This document shows, piece by piece, positions 1-10,300 of a DNA stretch of 64,000 nt (within the stretch, counting starts at the first letter, position 1; each line of letters begins with the position of its first letter). The position numbers and the translations under genes were made by a program. Source of the stretch: a bacterium (GTDB taxonomy: Bacteria; UBP14; UBA6098; 4484-93); contig JAGGUN010000035.1 in assembly GCA_021158465.1 (NCBI GenBank), positions 5,669 through 69,668 on the forward strand. The letters are read 5' to 3'. Below the pieces are notes generated by a model. That model was not told the origin of the DNA. It searched no databases and saw nothing but the letters and a program-made list of their open reading frames with translations.

Positions 1-146
1 GCCTCATTGCTGGATTGGGAGAATCTTCCTGCTGGCTCATACAGTGTAATCTGGAATGCTGATGGGATGCCGTCGGGCTTCTACTTCATAAGCCTCCGGA
101 GTGAGGCAGGGACAGGGAAAACAATGAAGGTCGTCTTCCTGAAGTA
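1..146 (+). CDS. 3' end of an upstream gene; encodes a T9SS (Por_Secre_tail-type) C-terminal sorting domain
   Basis: Frame 1 translates to ASLLDWENLPAGSYSVIWNADGMPSGFYFISLRSEAGTGKTMKVVFLK*. This matches the C-termini of the cargo proteins at 25571, 30845 and 37448. The gene is truncated by the window edge. Confidence 0.6.
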
Positions 147-164
147 GGCATTTCCCATCCAAAA

Positions 165-200
165 TAGGGGGAGACAAGGCTCCCCCTATCTTCTCTTTAT
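165..200 (+). terminator. Rho-independent terminator after the upstream cargo gene
   Basis: Hairpin AGGGGGAG-ACAAGG-CTCCCCCT at 166-187, followed by the T-rich tract ATCTTCTCTTTAT. Confidence 0.5.
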
Positions 201-213
201 AGCAAGAAAACTG

Positions 214-241
214 TTGATTTTCTTATCTTTTACCTTATAAT
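214..241 (+). promoter_or_regulatory. Putative sigma-70 promoter of ppdK (-35 TTGATT, 16-nt spacer, -10 TATAAT)
   Basis: TTGATT at 214-219 and TATAAT at 236-241. A GAGGGAGG ribosome-binding site lies at about 255-262 and the ATG at 269. Confidence 0.4.
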
Positions 242-268
242 TAAAGGTCTAAACCGAGGGAGGAAAAG

Positions 269-2953
269 ATGTCAGTAACAGGTAAGTATATTTACAGGTT
301 CGGAGGTGGTTCATCAGATGGTGACGCTTCTATGAAGGATCTTCTCGGAGGGAAGGGAGCGAACCTTGCTGAGATGGCGAGGATAGGGCTTCCTGTTCCA
401 CCAGGGTTCACCATAACCACAGAGATATGTACCTATTATTATCAGCATAATAAGAGCTACCCTGAGGGTTTCCGGCGGAATGTTATGGATGGAATGAGGC
501 ACATTGAAAAGATTGCAGGTAGGAGGTTCGGCGATGCTGATAATCCTCTTCTCGTTTCGGTGCGTTCTGGTGCGAGGGTCTCTATGCCGGGAATGATGGA
601 TACGATTCTGAACATCGGTTTGAATAATGAAACTGTTTATGGGCTTATCAGGGCGACGGGTGATGAGAGGTTTGCCTACGATAGTTACAGGCGACTTGTG
701 CAGATGTATGGTGATGTGGTTCTTGGGGTGCCTCGTGAGCGGTTCGAGGAGGTTATATCCAAGAAGAAGATGGAGCGTGGGGTGACGGCGGACACGGAGC
801 TGTCGTCTGGCGATTGGAAAGAGGTTGTTGCGAGGTATAAAGAGCTTATAAAGGAGGTCACTGGTACGGCGTTTCCTGAGGATCCTGAGGATCAGCTTAT
901 GGGTGCGATAGGGGCTGTATTTGAGTCTTGGAATACCAAGAGGGCAAGAGACTATCGGCGTGTCAACGATATTCCTGATGACTGGGGAACGGCAGTGAAT
1001 GTTCAGATGATGGTGTTCGGTAATATGGGAGATGACTGTGCGACAGGTGTTGGGTTCACCAGAAACCCATCCACGGGTGAGAACAGGATATTTGGCGAGT
1101 ACTTGAAGAACGCTCAGGGAGAGGATGTTGTTGCGGGCATAAGAACCCCGCAGGCTATATCGGTTGAGCAGAAGATAGCGTCAGGTTCCTCACTTCCTGC
1201 TCTTGAGGAGGAGTTCCCTGATCTCTACCATGAGTTACTCAAGGTGAAGGATATTTTGGAGAGCCACTACCGTGATGTTCAGGATTTCGAGTTCACCATA
1301 GAGAAGGGGCGTCTGTGGATGTTGCAGACGCGAACAGGGAAGAGAACTGCCCTCTCTGCGCTTAAGATAGCGGTTGATATGGCAGAGGAGGGGCTTATCG
1401 ATAAGAAGACAGCGGTTTTGAGGGTTCAGCCGGACCAGCTTGACCAGCTTCTCCACCCTATGATAGACCCGTCAGAGAGGGTAAATGTTATAGCGAAGGG
1501 GCTTCCTGCCTCGCCTGGTGCAGCGACAGGTAAGGTAGTCTTTGATCCGGATGAGGCGGAGAGGCTTGCCGGAGATGGTGAAGATGTGCTTCTGGTCAGG
1601 CGTGAGACCTCTCCTGACGATTTCCACGGGATGGTTGTCTCTAAAGGGATTTTAACTGCTATGGGTGGGATGTCTTCGCATGCTGCAGTTGTGGCGAGGG
1701 GGATAGGTAAACCCTGTGTTGCAGGGTGCTCCGCAATCTCCATCGATTATGAGAAGGAGTTATTTACCGTAGGTGATGTTGTGGTTAAGAAGTTCGATTA
1801 TGTTACCATCGATGGTGGCACAGGTCGGGTTATACTTGGGAAGGTGAAAACCGTTCCTCCGAAGCCATCAGGCGATTTTCGGAAGCTTATGAGCTGGGCT
1901 GACTCCTTCAGGAAGATGGGGGTTCGGGCGAATGCTGACACACCTGAGGATGCGGCTCGTGCAAGGGAGTTCGGAGCCGAGGGGATAGGTCTGTGCCGGA
2001 CGGAGCATATGTTCTTCAAGGGAGATAGGATAATTGCTATGCGTGAGATGATCCTTGCCACCAGCAAGGAAGAGAGGCAGCATGCCCTTGAGAGGATTCT
2101 TCCGTATCAGAGGCAGGATTTCATCGAGATATTCCGTGTAATGGATGGACTGCCCGTGATTATTCGTACGCTTGACCCTCCGTTGCACGAGTTCCTTCCT
2201 CACAATGATGATGAGGTTCGTGAACTTGCCGAAAAGACTGGCATCCCCGATGAGAAGATAAAGAAGAAACTTCTTTCTATGGAGGAAGCGAATCCGATGT
2301 TGGGTTACCGTGGATGCCGGCTTGGGATTCAGTATCCTGAGATCACCGAGATGCAGGCAAGAGCCATATTTGAAGCGGCAGTGGAGGTCATAAAGGAGGG
2401 TAGGAAACCTATCCCGGAGGTAATGATACCTCTTGTCGGGTTTAAGGAGGAGTTGGAGCTCCAGAGGAGGATTGTTGAAAGGGTCGCCGATGAGGTGATG
2501 AAGGAGACTGGTATCAAGTTTGACTATATGGTTGGGACAATGATTGAGCTGCCCAGGGCTGCTCTGACCGCGGACAAGATCGCTGAGGTTGCTGATTTCT
2601 TCTCGTTCGGCACAAACGACCTCACACAGACAACGCTCGGGCTTTCCCGGGATGATGCTGCAAAGTTCCTGCCGCTTTACCTCGATGAGAAGATTATGAA
2701 GGATGAGCCGTTTCAGGTGCTTGACCAGGAGGGTGTTGGGCAGCTGGTAAAGCTGGGGATTGAGAGGGGTCGGAAGACGAAGCCAGACCTTGAGATCGGC
2801 ATCTGCGGAGAGCATGGCGGTGAACCGAGCTCCGTTCACTTCTGCTTTAGGGTAGGTATGGACTATGTTTCCTGCTCACCGTTCAGGGTGCCTGTTGCAA
2901 GGCTCGCGGCGGCGCATGCGTCGATACTCGCGGAAAAAGCGACAAGTAACTAA
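269..2953 (+). CDS. ppdK: pyruvate, phosphate dikinase
   Basis: 894 aa. N-terminal GGKGANLAEM ATP-grasp motif, central phospho-histidine domain (GGMSSHAAVVARG) and C-terminal PEP-utilising domain (CRTEHMF). Full-length PPDK architecture. Confidence 0.95.
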   Translation: MSVTGKYIYRFGGGSSDGDASMKDLLGGKGANLAEMARIGLPVPPGFTITTEICTYYYQHNKSYPEGFRRNVMDGMRHIEKIAGRRFGDADNPLLVSVRSGARVSMPGMMDTILNIGLNNETVYGLIRATGDERFAYDSYRRLVQMYGDVVLGVPRERFEEVISKKKMERGVTADTELSSGDWKEVVARYKELIKEVTGTAFPEDPEDQLMGAIGAVFESWNTKRARDYRRVNDIPDDWGTAVNVQMMVFGNMGDDCATGVGFTRNPSTGENRIFGEYLKNAQGEDVVAGIRTPQAISVEQKIASGSSLPALEEEFPDLYHELLKVKDILESHYRDVQDFEFTIEKGRLWMLQTRTGKRTALSALKIAVDMAEEGLIDKKTAVLRVQPDQLDQLLHPMIDPSERVNVIAKGLPASPGAATGKVVFDPDEAERLAGDGEDVLLVRRETSPDDFHGMVVSKGILTAMGGMSSHAAVVARGIGKPCVAGCSAISIDYEKELFTVGDVVVKKFDYVTIDGGTGRVILGKVKTVPPKPSGDFRKLMSWADSFRKMGVRANADTPEDAARAREFGAEGIGLCRTEHMFFKGDRIIAMREMILATSKEERQHALERILPYQRQDFIEIFRVMDGLPVIIRTLDPPLHEFLPHNDDEVRELAEKTGIPDEKIKKKLLSMEEANPMLGYRGCRLGIQYPEITEMQARAIFEAAVEVIKEGRKPIPEVMIPLVGFKEELELQRRIVERVADEVMKETGIKFDYMVGTMIELPRAALTADKIAEVADFFSFGTNDLTQTTLGLSRDDAAKFLPLYLDEKIMKDEPFQVLDQEGVGQLVKLGIERGRKTKPDLEIGICGEHGGEPSSVHFCFRVGMDYVSCSPFRVPVARLAAAHASILAEKATSN

Positions 2954-2976
2954 CCCGAACTTAGAAAGGATAGGCA

Positions 2977-4068
2977 ATGGACAGAATTGAAAAACTACTA
3001 AAGGAGATCACAGAGATACCGGGACCGTCTGGGTTTGAGATGAAGGTAGCGGATTTTGTTGTCAGCAGGATGGAGGGGTACTACGACGAGCTTGTGCGCG
3101 ACGGTCTGGGTTCTGTCATCCTGAAGAAGTGTGGCACATCCGATTCACCGAGGGTTATGATTGCTGGGCATATGGACGAGGTTGGCTTTATGGTCAAGGG
3201 GATTACCAAGCAAGGGTTTATCAAATTCAATCCGCTCGGTGGATGGTGGAGCCACACCTTGCTTGGACAGAGGGTGAAGATTATCACATCCGATGGGAAA
3301 GAGATACTCGGTGTGGTCGGTTCGAAGCCGCCTCATGCCCTTCAGCCTGATGAGAGGAAGAAGGTGATAGAGCTTGACCAGCTTTACATCGATATAGGGG
3401 TATCGGAGGCTGACCCGAAGCTGCCGGAGAAGGTGGGGATAAAGGTGGGAGATCCGATTGTTCCTCTCTCCGATTTCCAGATTATGGCGGATAAGAAGGT
3501 TTATCTTGCCAAGGCGTGGGATGATAGGATTGGGGTGGCTGTGATGATGGAGGTGATTAGATCCCTTAAGGGCAAGGAGCATCCCAATGTTGTCTTCGGT
3601 GTTGGAACTGTCCAGGAGGAGGTGGGGCTTCGTGGTGCAACAACTGCTGCTTATACTGTGGAGCCGGACATCGCCATCGCCGTCGATGTGACTCTTTGTA
3701 ATGATACCCCAGGTATGCCTGATGCTGAGTATGCCGAGAAGATGGGCAAGGGACCATCTATCTCTGTTATGGATGGCTCGGTCATATCCAACCCATTCTT
3801 CAAGGAGCTCATTGTCGAGACGGCTGAGGAGTTGAAGATACCGTATCAGATGGGCTCGCTCACAAAAGGCGGAACGGATTCTGGAAGGATACATATCTCG
3901 AAACAGGGTGTCCCGTCAAACACGCTTTCTATTCCGACGAGATATATCCATTCCCACAATAGCATACTCCACAGGGACGATTTCGATAACCTTGTGAAGC
4001 TCATAGTCGGGGTTATTATGAAGCTCGATAAGGATACGGTTGAGAGGATTAGAACAAAGAGGAGATGA
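2977..4068 (+). CDS. M42 family metallo-aminopeptidase (FrvX/CelM-like)
   Basis: 363 aa. Contains HMDEVGF and EEVGLRGA motifs typical of M42 glutamyl aminopeptidase / endoglucanase-like peptidases. Its stop overlaps the tldD start in an ATGA. Confidence 0.85.
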   Translation: MDRIEKLLKEITEIPGPSGFEMKVADFVVSRMEGYYDELVRDGLGSVILKKCGTSDSPRVMIAGHMDEVGFMVKGITKQGFIKFNPLGGWWSHTLLGQRVKIITSDGKEILGVVGSKPPHALQPDERKKVIELDQLYIDIGVSEADPKLPEKVGIKVGDPIVPLSDFQIMADKKVYLAKAWDDRIGVAVMMEVIRSLKGKEHPNVVFGVGTVQEEVGLRGATTAAYTVEPDIAIAVDVTLCNDTPGMPDAEYAEKMGKGPSISVMDGSVISNPFFKELIVETAEELKIPYQMGSLTKGGTDSGRIHISKQGVPSNTLSIPTRYIHSHNSILHRDDFDNLVKLIVGVIMKLDKDTVERIRTKRR

Positions 4069-5441
4069 GGATGAAGGATAGGATAAGAGAAGCGCTCTCG
4101 AAGGTGAAGGATGCCTTTGTAGAGGTTAGGTTTGAGCAGAAGGAGTCCAGTCGGGTGGTATTCCGTGGGAAGGTGCTTGAATCGCTAACGGTTACCATCG
4201 ATGGAGGGGGATTTGTCAGAGCTCTTGTCCCGAACAAGGGCTGGGGAATTGTAACCTTCAACAATATGGAGGAGCTGGATAAAAGGATTGAGCAGGCAAT
4301 CTCTTGCTCGAGGATAGTTGTTCCTGATGAGCCTATAAAGCTCTCGGATGTTGAGCCTGCTGTTGTTGATATTCCTGCTGTTCTCAAGAGTGATTTCAGA
4401 GGGGTTCTTCTGAGCGAGAAGAAGAAGCTTATCGAGGGATACAACGATATCTTGCTCGGGTACGATAAGCGGATCATCAACACCGCCTCTTTCTATGTAG
4501 ATGGGTTCACGAAGTGCTGGTATGCCAACACAAACGGGGCTTGCATTTACAAGGAGCGCGCTGATACGGTTGTGGCAATCACGGCGATAGCCTCCGACGG
4601 GAAAACTGTTCAACAAGCCCATGATTCCTGGGCGTCGCGCACCGACTATAGTGAGATGCTGGGGCGAGAGAAGGAGGTCGAGGATGTGGCACGGTTGTCC
4701 ATCGAGATACTTGAGGCAAAGAGTATAGAGGGTGGGAGGTATACCGTGATCCTCGACCCGAGGTTGGCTGGAGTGTTTATCCACGAGGCGTTCGGGCATC
4801 TCTCTGAGGCAGACTTCGTATACGAGAATCCGAAGGCTCAGGAGATGATGGTCATCGGCAGAAGGTTCGGACCAGATTTCCTCAATGTCGCCGAGGACGG
4901 TTCCATACCGGACCTCAGAGGGAGCATATACTACGATGACGAGGGGACAAGGTGCAAGAAGAACTACCTCATAAAGAACGGCATTCTTGTTGGTAGGCTT
5001 CATTCGAGGGAAACGGCTGGCAGGATGGGGGAAGCCACAACAGGGAACGCACGAGCCCAGGATTATGCTCACCCTCCGATTGTCAGAATGACAAATACCT
5101 TCATCGAGAATGGCGAGACTGCTGTGGATGATATGTTCTCCGACATAGAGCTGGGGGTATACGCGGTGGATGCATACGGTGGGCAGACGATGCTTGAGAA
5201 CTTCTCCTTCTCCGCTGGGTATGCGTATATGATTCGGAACGGTAAGAGAGCGGAGATGGTGAGGGATGTTGTCTTGCAGGGTAACCTGTTCCATACGCTT
5301 GCCAATATTGAAGCAGTGGGTAATGATTTCCAGTGGTCAAGGGGTGGAGGTTCTTGTGGAAAAGGAGGACAATCTGTGCCGGTCGGAATGGGAAGCCCTC
5401 ACATAAGGATCAAGGATGTCTTGATAGGGGGGAAACGATGA
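4065..5441 (+). CDS. tldD: TldD family metalloprotease
   Basis: 458 aa. HEAFGHLSEAD zinc-binding motif, a GxC-rich C-terminus and TldD-like length. Confidence 0.85.
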   Translation: MRMKDRIREALSKVKDAFVEVRFEQKESSRVVFRGKVLESLTVTIDGGGFVRALVPNKGWGIVTFNNMEELDKRIEQAISCSRIVVPDEPIKLSDVEPAVVDIPAVLKSDFRGVLLSEKKKLIEGYNDILLGYDKRIINTASFYVDGFTKCWYANTNGACIYKERADTVVAITAIASDGKTVQQAHDSWASRTDYSEMLGREKEVEDVARLSIEILEAKSIEGGRYTVILDPRLAGVFIHEAFGHLSEADFVYENPKAQEMMVIGRRFGPDFLNVAEDGSIPDLRGSIYYDDEGTRCKKNYLIKNGILVGRLHSRETAGRMGEATTGNARAQDYAHPPIVRMTNTFIENGETAVDDMFSDIELGVYAVDAYGGQTMLENFSFSAGYAYMIRNGKRAEMVRDVVLQGNLFHTLANIEAVGNDFQWSRGGGSCGKGGQSVPVGMGSPHIRIKDVLIGGKR

Positions 5442-6745
5442 AAATACTCGATAAGGTCAAGCAGTTCACTGACAGGTTTGAGCTCTACGAATTGGCTGAG
5501 GAGTCTTACAATGTCTCTTTTAAGGGGTGGAAACTGAACGAGTCCTGTATAAGTCAGGAAGCTGGAAAATCTGTTAGACTGATAGTTGATGGCAGGATTG
5601 GGTTTGCTGGTGCTAAGGGGGTGTTCGACGAGGAGAAGCTTGTGGAGAATGCGAGGGAATCTGCGAGGTTTGGTGATGAGGTTACGCTTGAGTTCCCGAA
5701 GGAAGCTGGCTCGGCGGATGTTGTGGTCTGGGATGATAAACTGGCACAGCTCTCTCTCGAGGAGATGATGAGGGTAGGGAAGTCCGCTATGGAGCGGTTT
5801 GAGGACCTGAAAGGTAGCTGTGATTTCGAGCTCTCTCTCTCTAAGTCTATCATTCATGAGAGGATAATAAACTCCTCTGGGTTGGATGTGTCGAAGAAGA
5901 AAACGGTTTTTTCCTTTGGCTTTGAGTTGAGAAGAGTGAGGGAAAACGATATTCTGTCGCTTTGGGAACAAGAATCGACCAGTGTATATCCTGATGATAT
6001 AGCCTCGCTTATGAGCATCAAGGAGAAGAAGCTCCGTGAGAGGCTTGCACTTGCTGATAACCTATTGAGTGTCCCGAGGGGGAATATTCCTGTTGTGCTC
6101 AGTCCGAGGGGTGTTTTGGTTTTCCTCGTTCCACTCCTTTCTGGGATAAACGGAAAGAACATCTATACGAGGGTTTCGCCAGTGTGGAACAAGAAAGGGA
6201 AGCTCCTTTTTGACCCAAAGCTTTCTGTCGTAAACGATGGGATTATCTCTGGCAAGCCTTCTTCCGATACATACGATGATGAAGGTCTTCCGAAGAGGAG
6301 GACAAGCATTATAAGGAATGGAGTACTTGAGAATTTCGTTTTTGATCTGCTTTCTGCTGCCCGTGCGGACGAGCTCTCCACAGCTTCTGCCCGAAGGGGT
6401 GTCTTTTCCCAACCGTACCCCGACACCGATAACATCGTTATCGAGCCTGGGGATGTTTCCTACGAGGATATGCTCAAGGGTATAAAAGAGGGGATTTTGA
6501 TTGAGGATGTTCTCGGACTGGGACAAGGGAATGTGCTATCGGGAGACTTTTCTAACCCTGTTGGGCTCGCTTTTAAGATAGAGAACGGCGAGCTTGTCGG
6601 AAGGGTTAAGGATGCAAGTGTTGCTGGGAACATCTATGATAATTTCACCGCCATCGAGGCTATCTCTTCGGAGCAGGAGTGGGGGTATCCCTCTACCTTA
6701 GCACCCTATATGCGTCTTGATACCCTCTCTGTGGTCGGGAAATAG
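5438..6745 (+). CDS. pmbA: PmbA/TldE family protein, the non-catalytic partner of TldD
   Basis: TldD/PmbA fold without an HExxxH motif. The ORF-track start at 5333 is rejected: ATG 5438 (MKILDK) overlaps the tldD stop in an ATGA, and the 35 codons upstream have no homology. Confidence 0.8.
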   Translation: MKILDKVKQFTDRFELYELAEESYNVSFKGWKLNESCISQEAGKSVRLIVDGRIGFAGAKGVFDEEKLVENARESARFGDEVTLEFPKEAGSADVVVWDDKLAQLSLEEMMRVGKSAMERFEDLKGSCDFELSLSKSIIHERIINSSGLDVSKKKTVFSFGFELRRVRENDILSLWEQESTSVYPDDIASLMSIKEKKLRERLALADNLLSVPRGNIPVVLSPRGVLVFLVPLLSGINGKNIYTRVSPVWNKKGKLLFDPKLSVVNDGIISGKPSSDTYDDEGLPKRRTSIIRNGVLENFVFDLLSAARADELSTASARRGVFSQPYPDTDNIVIEPGDVSYEDMLKGIKEGILIEDVLGLGQGNVLSGDFSNPVGLAFKIENGELVGRVKDASVAGNIYDNFTAIEAISSEQEWGYPSTLAPYMRLDTLSVVGK

Positions 6746-6751
6746 CCCCGG

Positions 6752-7384
6752 TTAGCTTTTGGGTGGTTTACCCATTCTCTTTATAGCGTGCCACACTTTT
6801 ACTGCCTTGGAGCGCAGCACAGGTAGGTCTCCGTTGTTCTTGATGACAAAGTTTACCCTTCTTTTGAGGATGCTGGCGAACTCCTTGTCGAAGCCCTCAT
6901 TCTGAACGGATATTCTTGCTTCGATGTCCGAGCGGGAGTACCCACGCTCGAGTAATCTGTTTGTCCTCTGCCAGGTCGGGGCATCCACGAGGATGAGATA
7001 GTCTAGGAGTTCCATAATATCCTCCCACTTAGGCAGGAGTGCTGCGTCGATGACTGCGAGACCGGGGAAGCGGTGCGCCTCGAGGTTTGAGAGCTCCTCC
7101 TTTATCACTCGCCGGATGTAGGGATGGGTAATCTCTTCGAGATACTTGCGAGCCTCATCATCATGGAATACTATCTCTGCTATCTTCTCGGTTGATATAC
7201 TACCGTCTTCTTCCAGTATCTCATCCCCGAACCGCTCGACCAGCTGCGACTTCGTATCGGGTTTCTCGAGAGCCTCTTTACCTATCCTGTCGGCATCCAG
7301 GAGCTGGGCCCCAAGGTCCTTGAAGGTGGCTGCCACTGTGCTTTTTCCTGTCCCTATCTTTCCTGTTATTCCGACGACTATCAT
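6752..7384 (-). CDS. coaE: dephospho-CoA kinase
   Basis: 210 aa. MIVVGITGKIGTGKST P-loop and typical CoaE length. Confidence 0.9.
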   Translation of the reverse strand: MIVVGITGKIGTGKSTVAATFKDLGAQLLDADRIGKEALEKPDTKSQLVERFGDEILEEDGSISTEKIAEIVFHDDEARKYLEEITHPYIRRVIKEELSNLEAHRFPGLAVIDAALLPKWEDIMELLDYLILVDAPTWQRTNRLLERGYSRSDIEARISVQNEGFDKEFASILKRRVNFVIKNNGDLPVLRSKAVKVWHAIKRMGKPPKS

Positions 7385-7395
7385 ATCTTTCTCTC

Positions 7396-10300
7396 TTATC
7401 TGATGAGGGTGATTGTCCCGTTACAGACTATCTCCCCTTCAACCTCTATAGCATATATGTATAACCCTTCTGGGACTGGTTTATTATGTTTGTCGCGTCC
7501 GTTCCAGCAGCGGTCAAGGAAGTTTGAGAACCCTGTCTGAGGCGGAACGGTGCATTCCCAAATAAGCATGTTACGGAGGTTATACACCCTGATCCTCCCC
7601 TCTTTACTGAACATAAACGGGTAGCTGAAAACCACAAATTCGTTGTAGCCATCGCCGTTTGGCGAGAACGGGTTGGGGTGAACCAGGCAAGATACCCTCG
7701 GTTCGATGGTGAAGAACCAGAAGTACTCATCGTTGTTTGGGTCGCAGTAGTCGGGGGTATCGTACACCGAGAGCTGGACTTCCACTGTGTCCCCAGAACC
7801 GAAGCTCACGCCGACAGCGGGAGGGTTGAATATCAGAAGACCACCAAGCGAATCGCTCGTTGGTTGGAAGTCGAAATCCGGATAGTGATATTCCCTGCCA
7901 GCCACATGAAGCACAAACTCCCCGACATCGGCGCCTGACATAAGGTCGTATACATATATCTCTATTCTCTGCTGATCGCTTCTGACCATCATCTCTGGTG
8001 TGGGAATTCGCATCTCCGCGTAGGGCGGAGTGAAGTCCGTATAGAACTGCCAGCAGACAGGAGCCCCTGTGAGCGGATTGCCAAGATTGTCGTCGGCATG
8101 GGTGAGACAGACCGAGATTGTCTCGTTGTCTGCGAATCCACCATCGGGATGGTAGATTAAGAGAGTATCTCCTATGAATGTTATCTGTGCATCTCCCACC
8201 CTAAATGTCGCACCGTTTACTGTAAGGACAACGGTTTCCGGGTTTACCCCGTCAGGGTCTCTCAGCACCACAGCTATCGACTCATCGATGCAGGCTGTGA
8301 ATGTCTCATTCAAAGGTCTTATAACCGTTGCAACGGGTCCCCCAGGGGAGATTATGAACGAGTATATGGAGTCTAGGATGTTTGGACTGCAATAGTATGT
8401 TGTATCGAGAGTGTGTGGGTTGATATAGATTGTGTCGGGAGAATCTTCTGCCTGAACCTGAACCACAACCTCTGTTCCTCCGAACCACTCGACGCCAGCG
8501 GTGGCCGGGTCGAATGTTATGGTGTCACCTGATATACTGACCCCAGGGTCGTAGAGATGATAGGTTATTCCTCCTATTGTCAGGGTTACCGCTGATGTGT
8601 CGACGCCTGAGACAGAATCAGAGAGGACAAACCGTATTACCGGCTGAGTAGTTGATACGGTCTCGGCGGGGGCGGGCGAGGCATCGGTTATGTAAGGCGG
8701 CTCTATGTCTACAACGAACGACCAGCACAGGGGAGCTCCTGTGAGTGGATTGCCAAGGTTGTCCTCAGCTTCGATAAGGCAGACATCTACTGTCTCAGCC
8801 TCACCAAATGGCGGCTCAGGATGGAATACGAGTATGCTGTCATCTATAAAATCAAGCTCATCGTCAGATATTGTAAGATCTGTTCCTCTGACCTGAAGGA
8901 TTATCGTTGACTCATCCACACCGTTCGGATCGACAATCGAGACGGCGACCGATTCGTCGGGGCACGAGGAGATTGCTCCATCGAACGGCCTGAGAATAGT
9001 CGGGATAGGTCCTCCGGGAGAGATATAGAACGCCCAGCAGGAGTCGAGGACATTCGGGTCACAATAGTCGGGTGTATCCTCGGAGTATATGCAAACAGGT
9101 ATGGTGTCGCCTCCGACAAACGATGTTCCAACAACAGCCGGGTCAAAACAGATTGTTTCACCATCCCAGCTGATCCCTGCGTCGCCTATGTGGTAAGGAT
9201 GTCCTGCAACGGTGAGTGTGATGCCCGCCTCATTAATCCCTGACAGGGAATCCGTTATCTGAACACAGATGATAGGCTCCCTCTCATCGATATAGCTTCC
9301 AGGCAGAGGCGATTGTATGAGTATCACGGGTGGAGTAAGGTCCATTACAAAGCTCCAGGAGACAACGGATGTCAGATGATTACCGAGCGAGTCGTCTGCT
9401 GCAATGAGTGCAACACAGACGGTCTCTGCGTCGACAAACGGCGGGTTAGGTTCAAAGCGAAGGTCAGGGTATGTGAAATCGAGCTCGGGGTCTGTTACCT
9501 CGTAGTAGGCGGTATCTCGACATCCGTTTCTCGCCACCATAAGTCGAATGGTCTCGTCGATGACCGAGTCCTCGTCCTCAATAGTCATCTCGATATGCTC
9601 GGTATCCTCGCAGGCAGAATACGCCCCATCGAACGGGCGAATAATCGTCCCGATAGGTCCGCCCGGTGAGATATAGAATGTCCAGCAGCTATCGGAGCTA
9701 TTCGGGTCGCAGTAGTCGACAGAATCATACGCTACGACACACACATCAACCGTGTCGCCACCACCAAATACGATCCCTGCTATACCGCAGTCCACACTGA
9801 ACAGGGTATCTTCGATAAGCGATACCCCCGGCGAGTCGAGAGCGAATGTATCGCCGTTTATTAGGAAGAACAACGAGTCGAGGTTCAGCCAGGAGATTGT
9901 CTCGTGGAGTATTACCGAGATGATAGGTCTCGTCGACACAACAACATCCTCCGGTGCAGGTGAAAGATCGGTTATCTCGGGTGGAATCCTGTCCATAACA
10001 AATGTCCAGGAGAGAGGCGTCTCGAGCGGATTTCCGAGGATGTCGTCGGCACTCACAAGCTCGACTGTCACCGTCTCTGCATCTCCGAAATACGGATCCG
10101 GGATGAAGATGAGTACACTATCCTCGTAGGTTAGTCTGGGGTCGAGGATGCCTATTGTGTCGTCGTTGACGACGAGGACTATGGTAGAGTCATTGACACC
10201 TGTTGGATCTGTCAGGTATATTACGATATGTTCATCCTCGCAGGCAGAATGTGCACCGTCGAACGGTCGAACGATGGTCGCAACAGGACCGCCCGGCTCG

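Noticed and set aside
1868-2839. 323-aa ORF antisense to ppdK
   Set aside because: It lies entirely inside, and opposite to, a strongly supported PPDK gene. Its composition is low-complexity and there is no homology. It is a shadow ORF.
3145-3894. 249-aa ORF antisense to the M42 peptidase, with nested 3129-3350 (+) and 3566-3757 (-)
   Set aside because: Shadow ORFs of a well-supported gene, His/Arg-rich and low-complexity.
4185-5294. 369-aa ORF antisense to tldD
   Set aside because: Shadow ORF. The TldD frame carries the HExxGH motif and family-wide similarity.
5333-5437. 5' extension of pmbA given by the ORF track (start 5333)
   Set aside because: The extension overlaps tldD by 109 nt and has no homology. 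ATG 5438 forms an ATGA junction with tldD and begins the conserved MKILDK... PmbA N-terminus.
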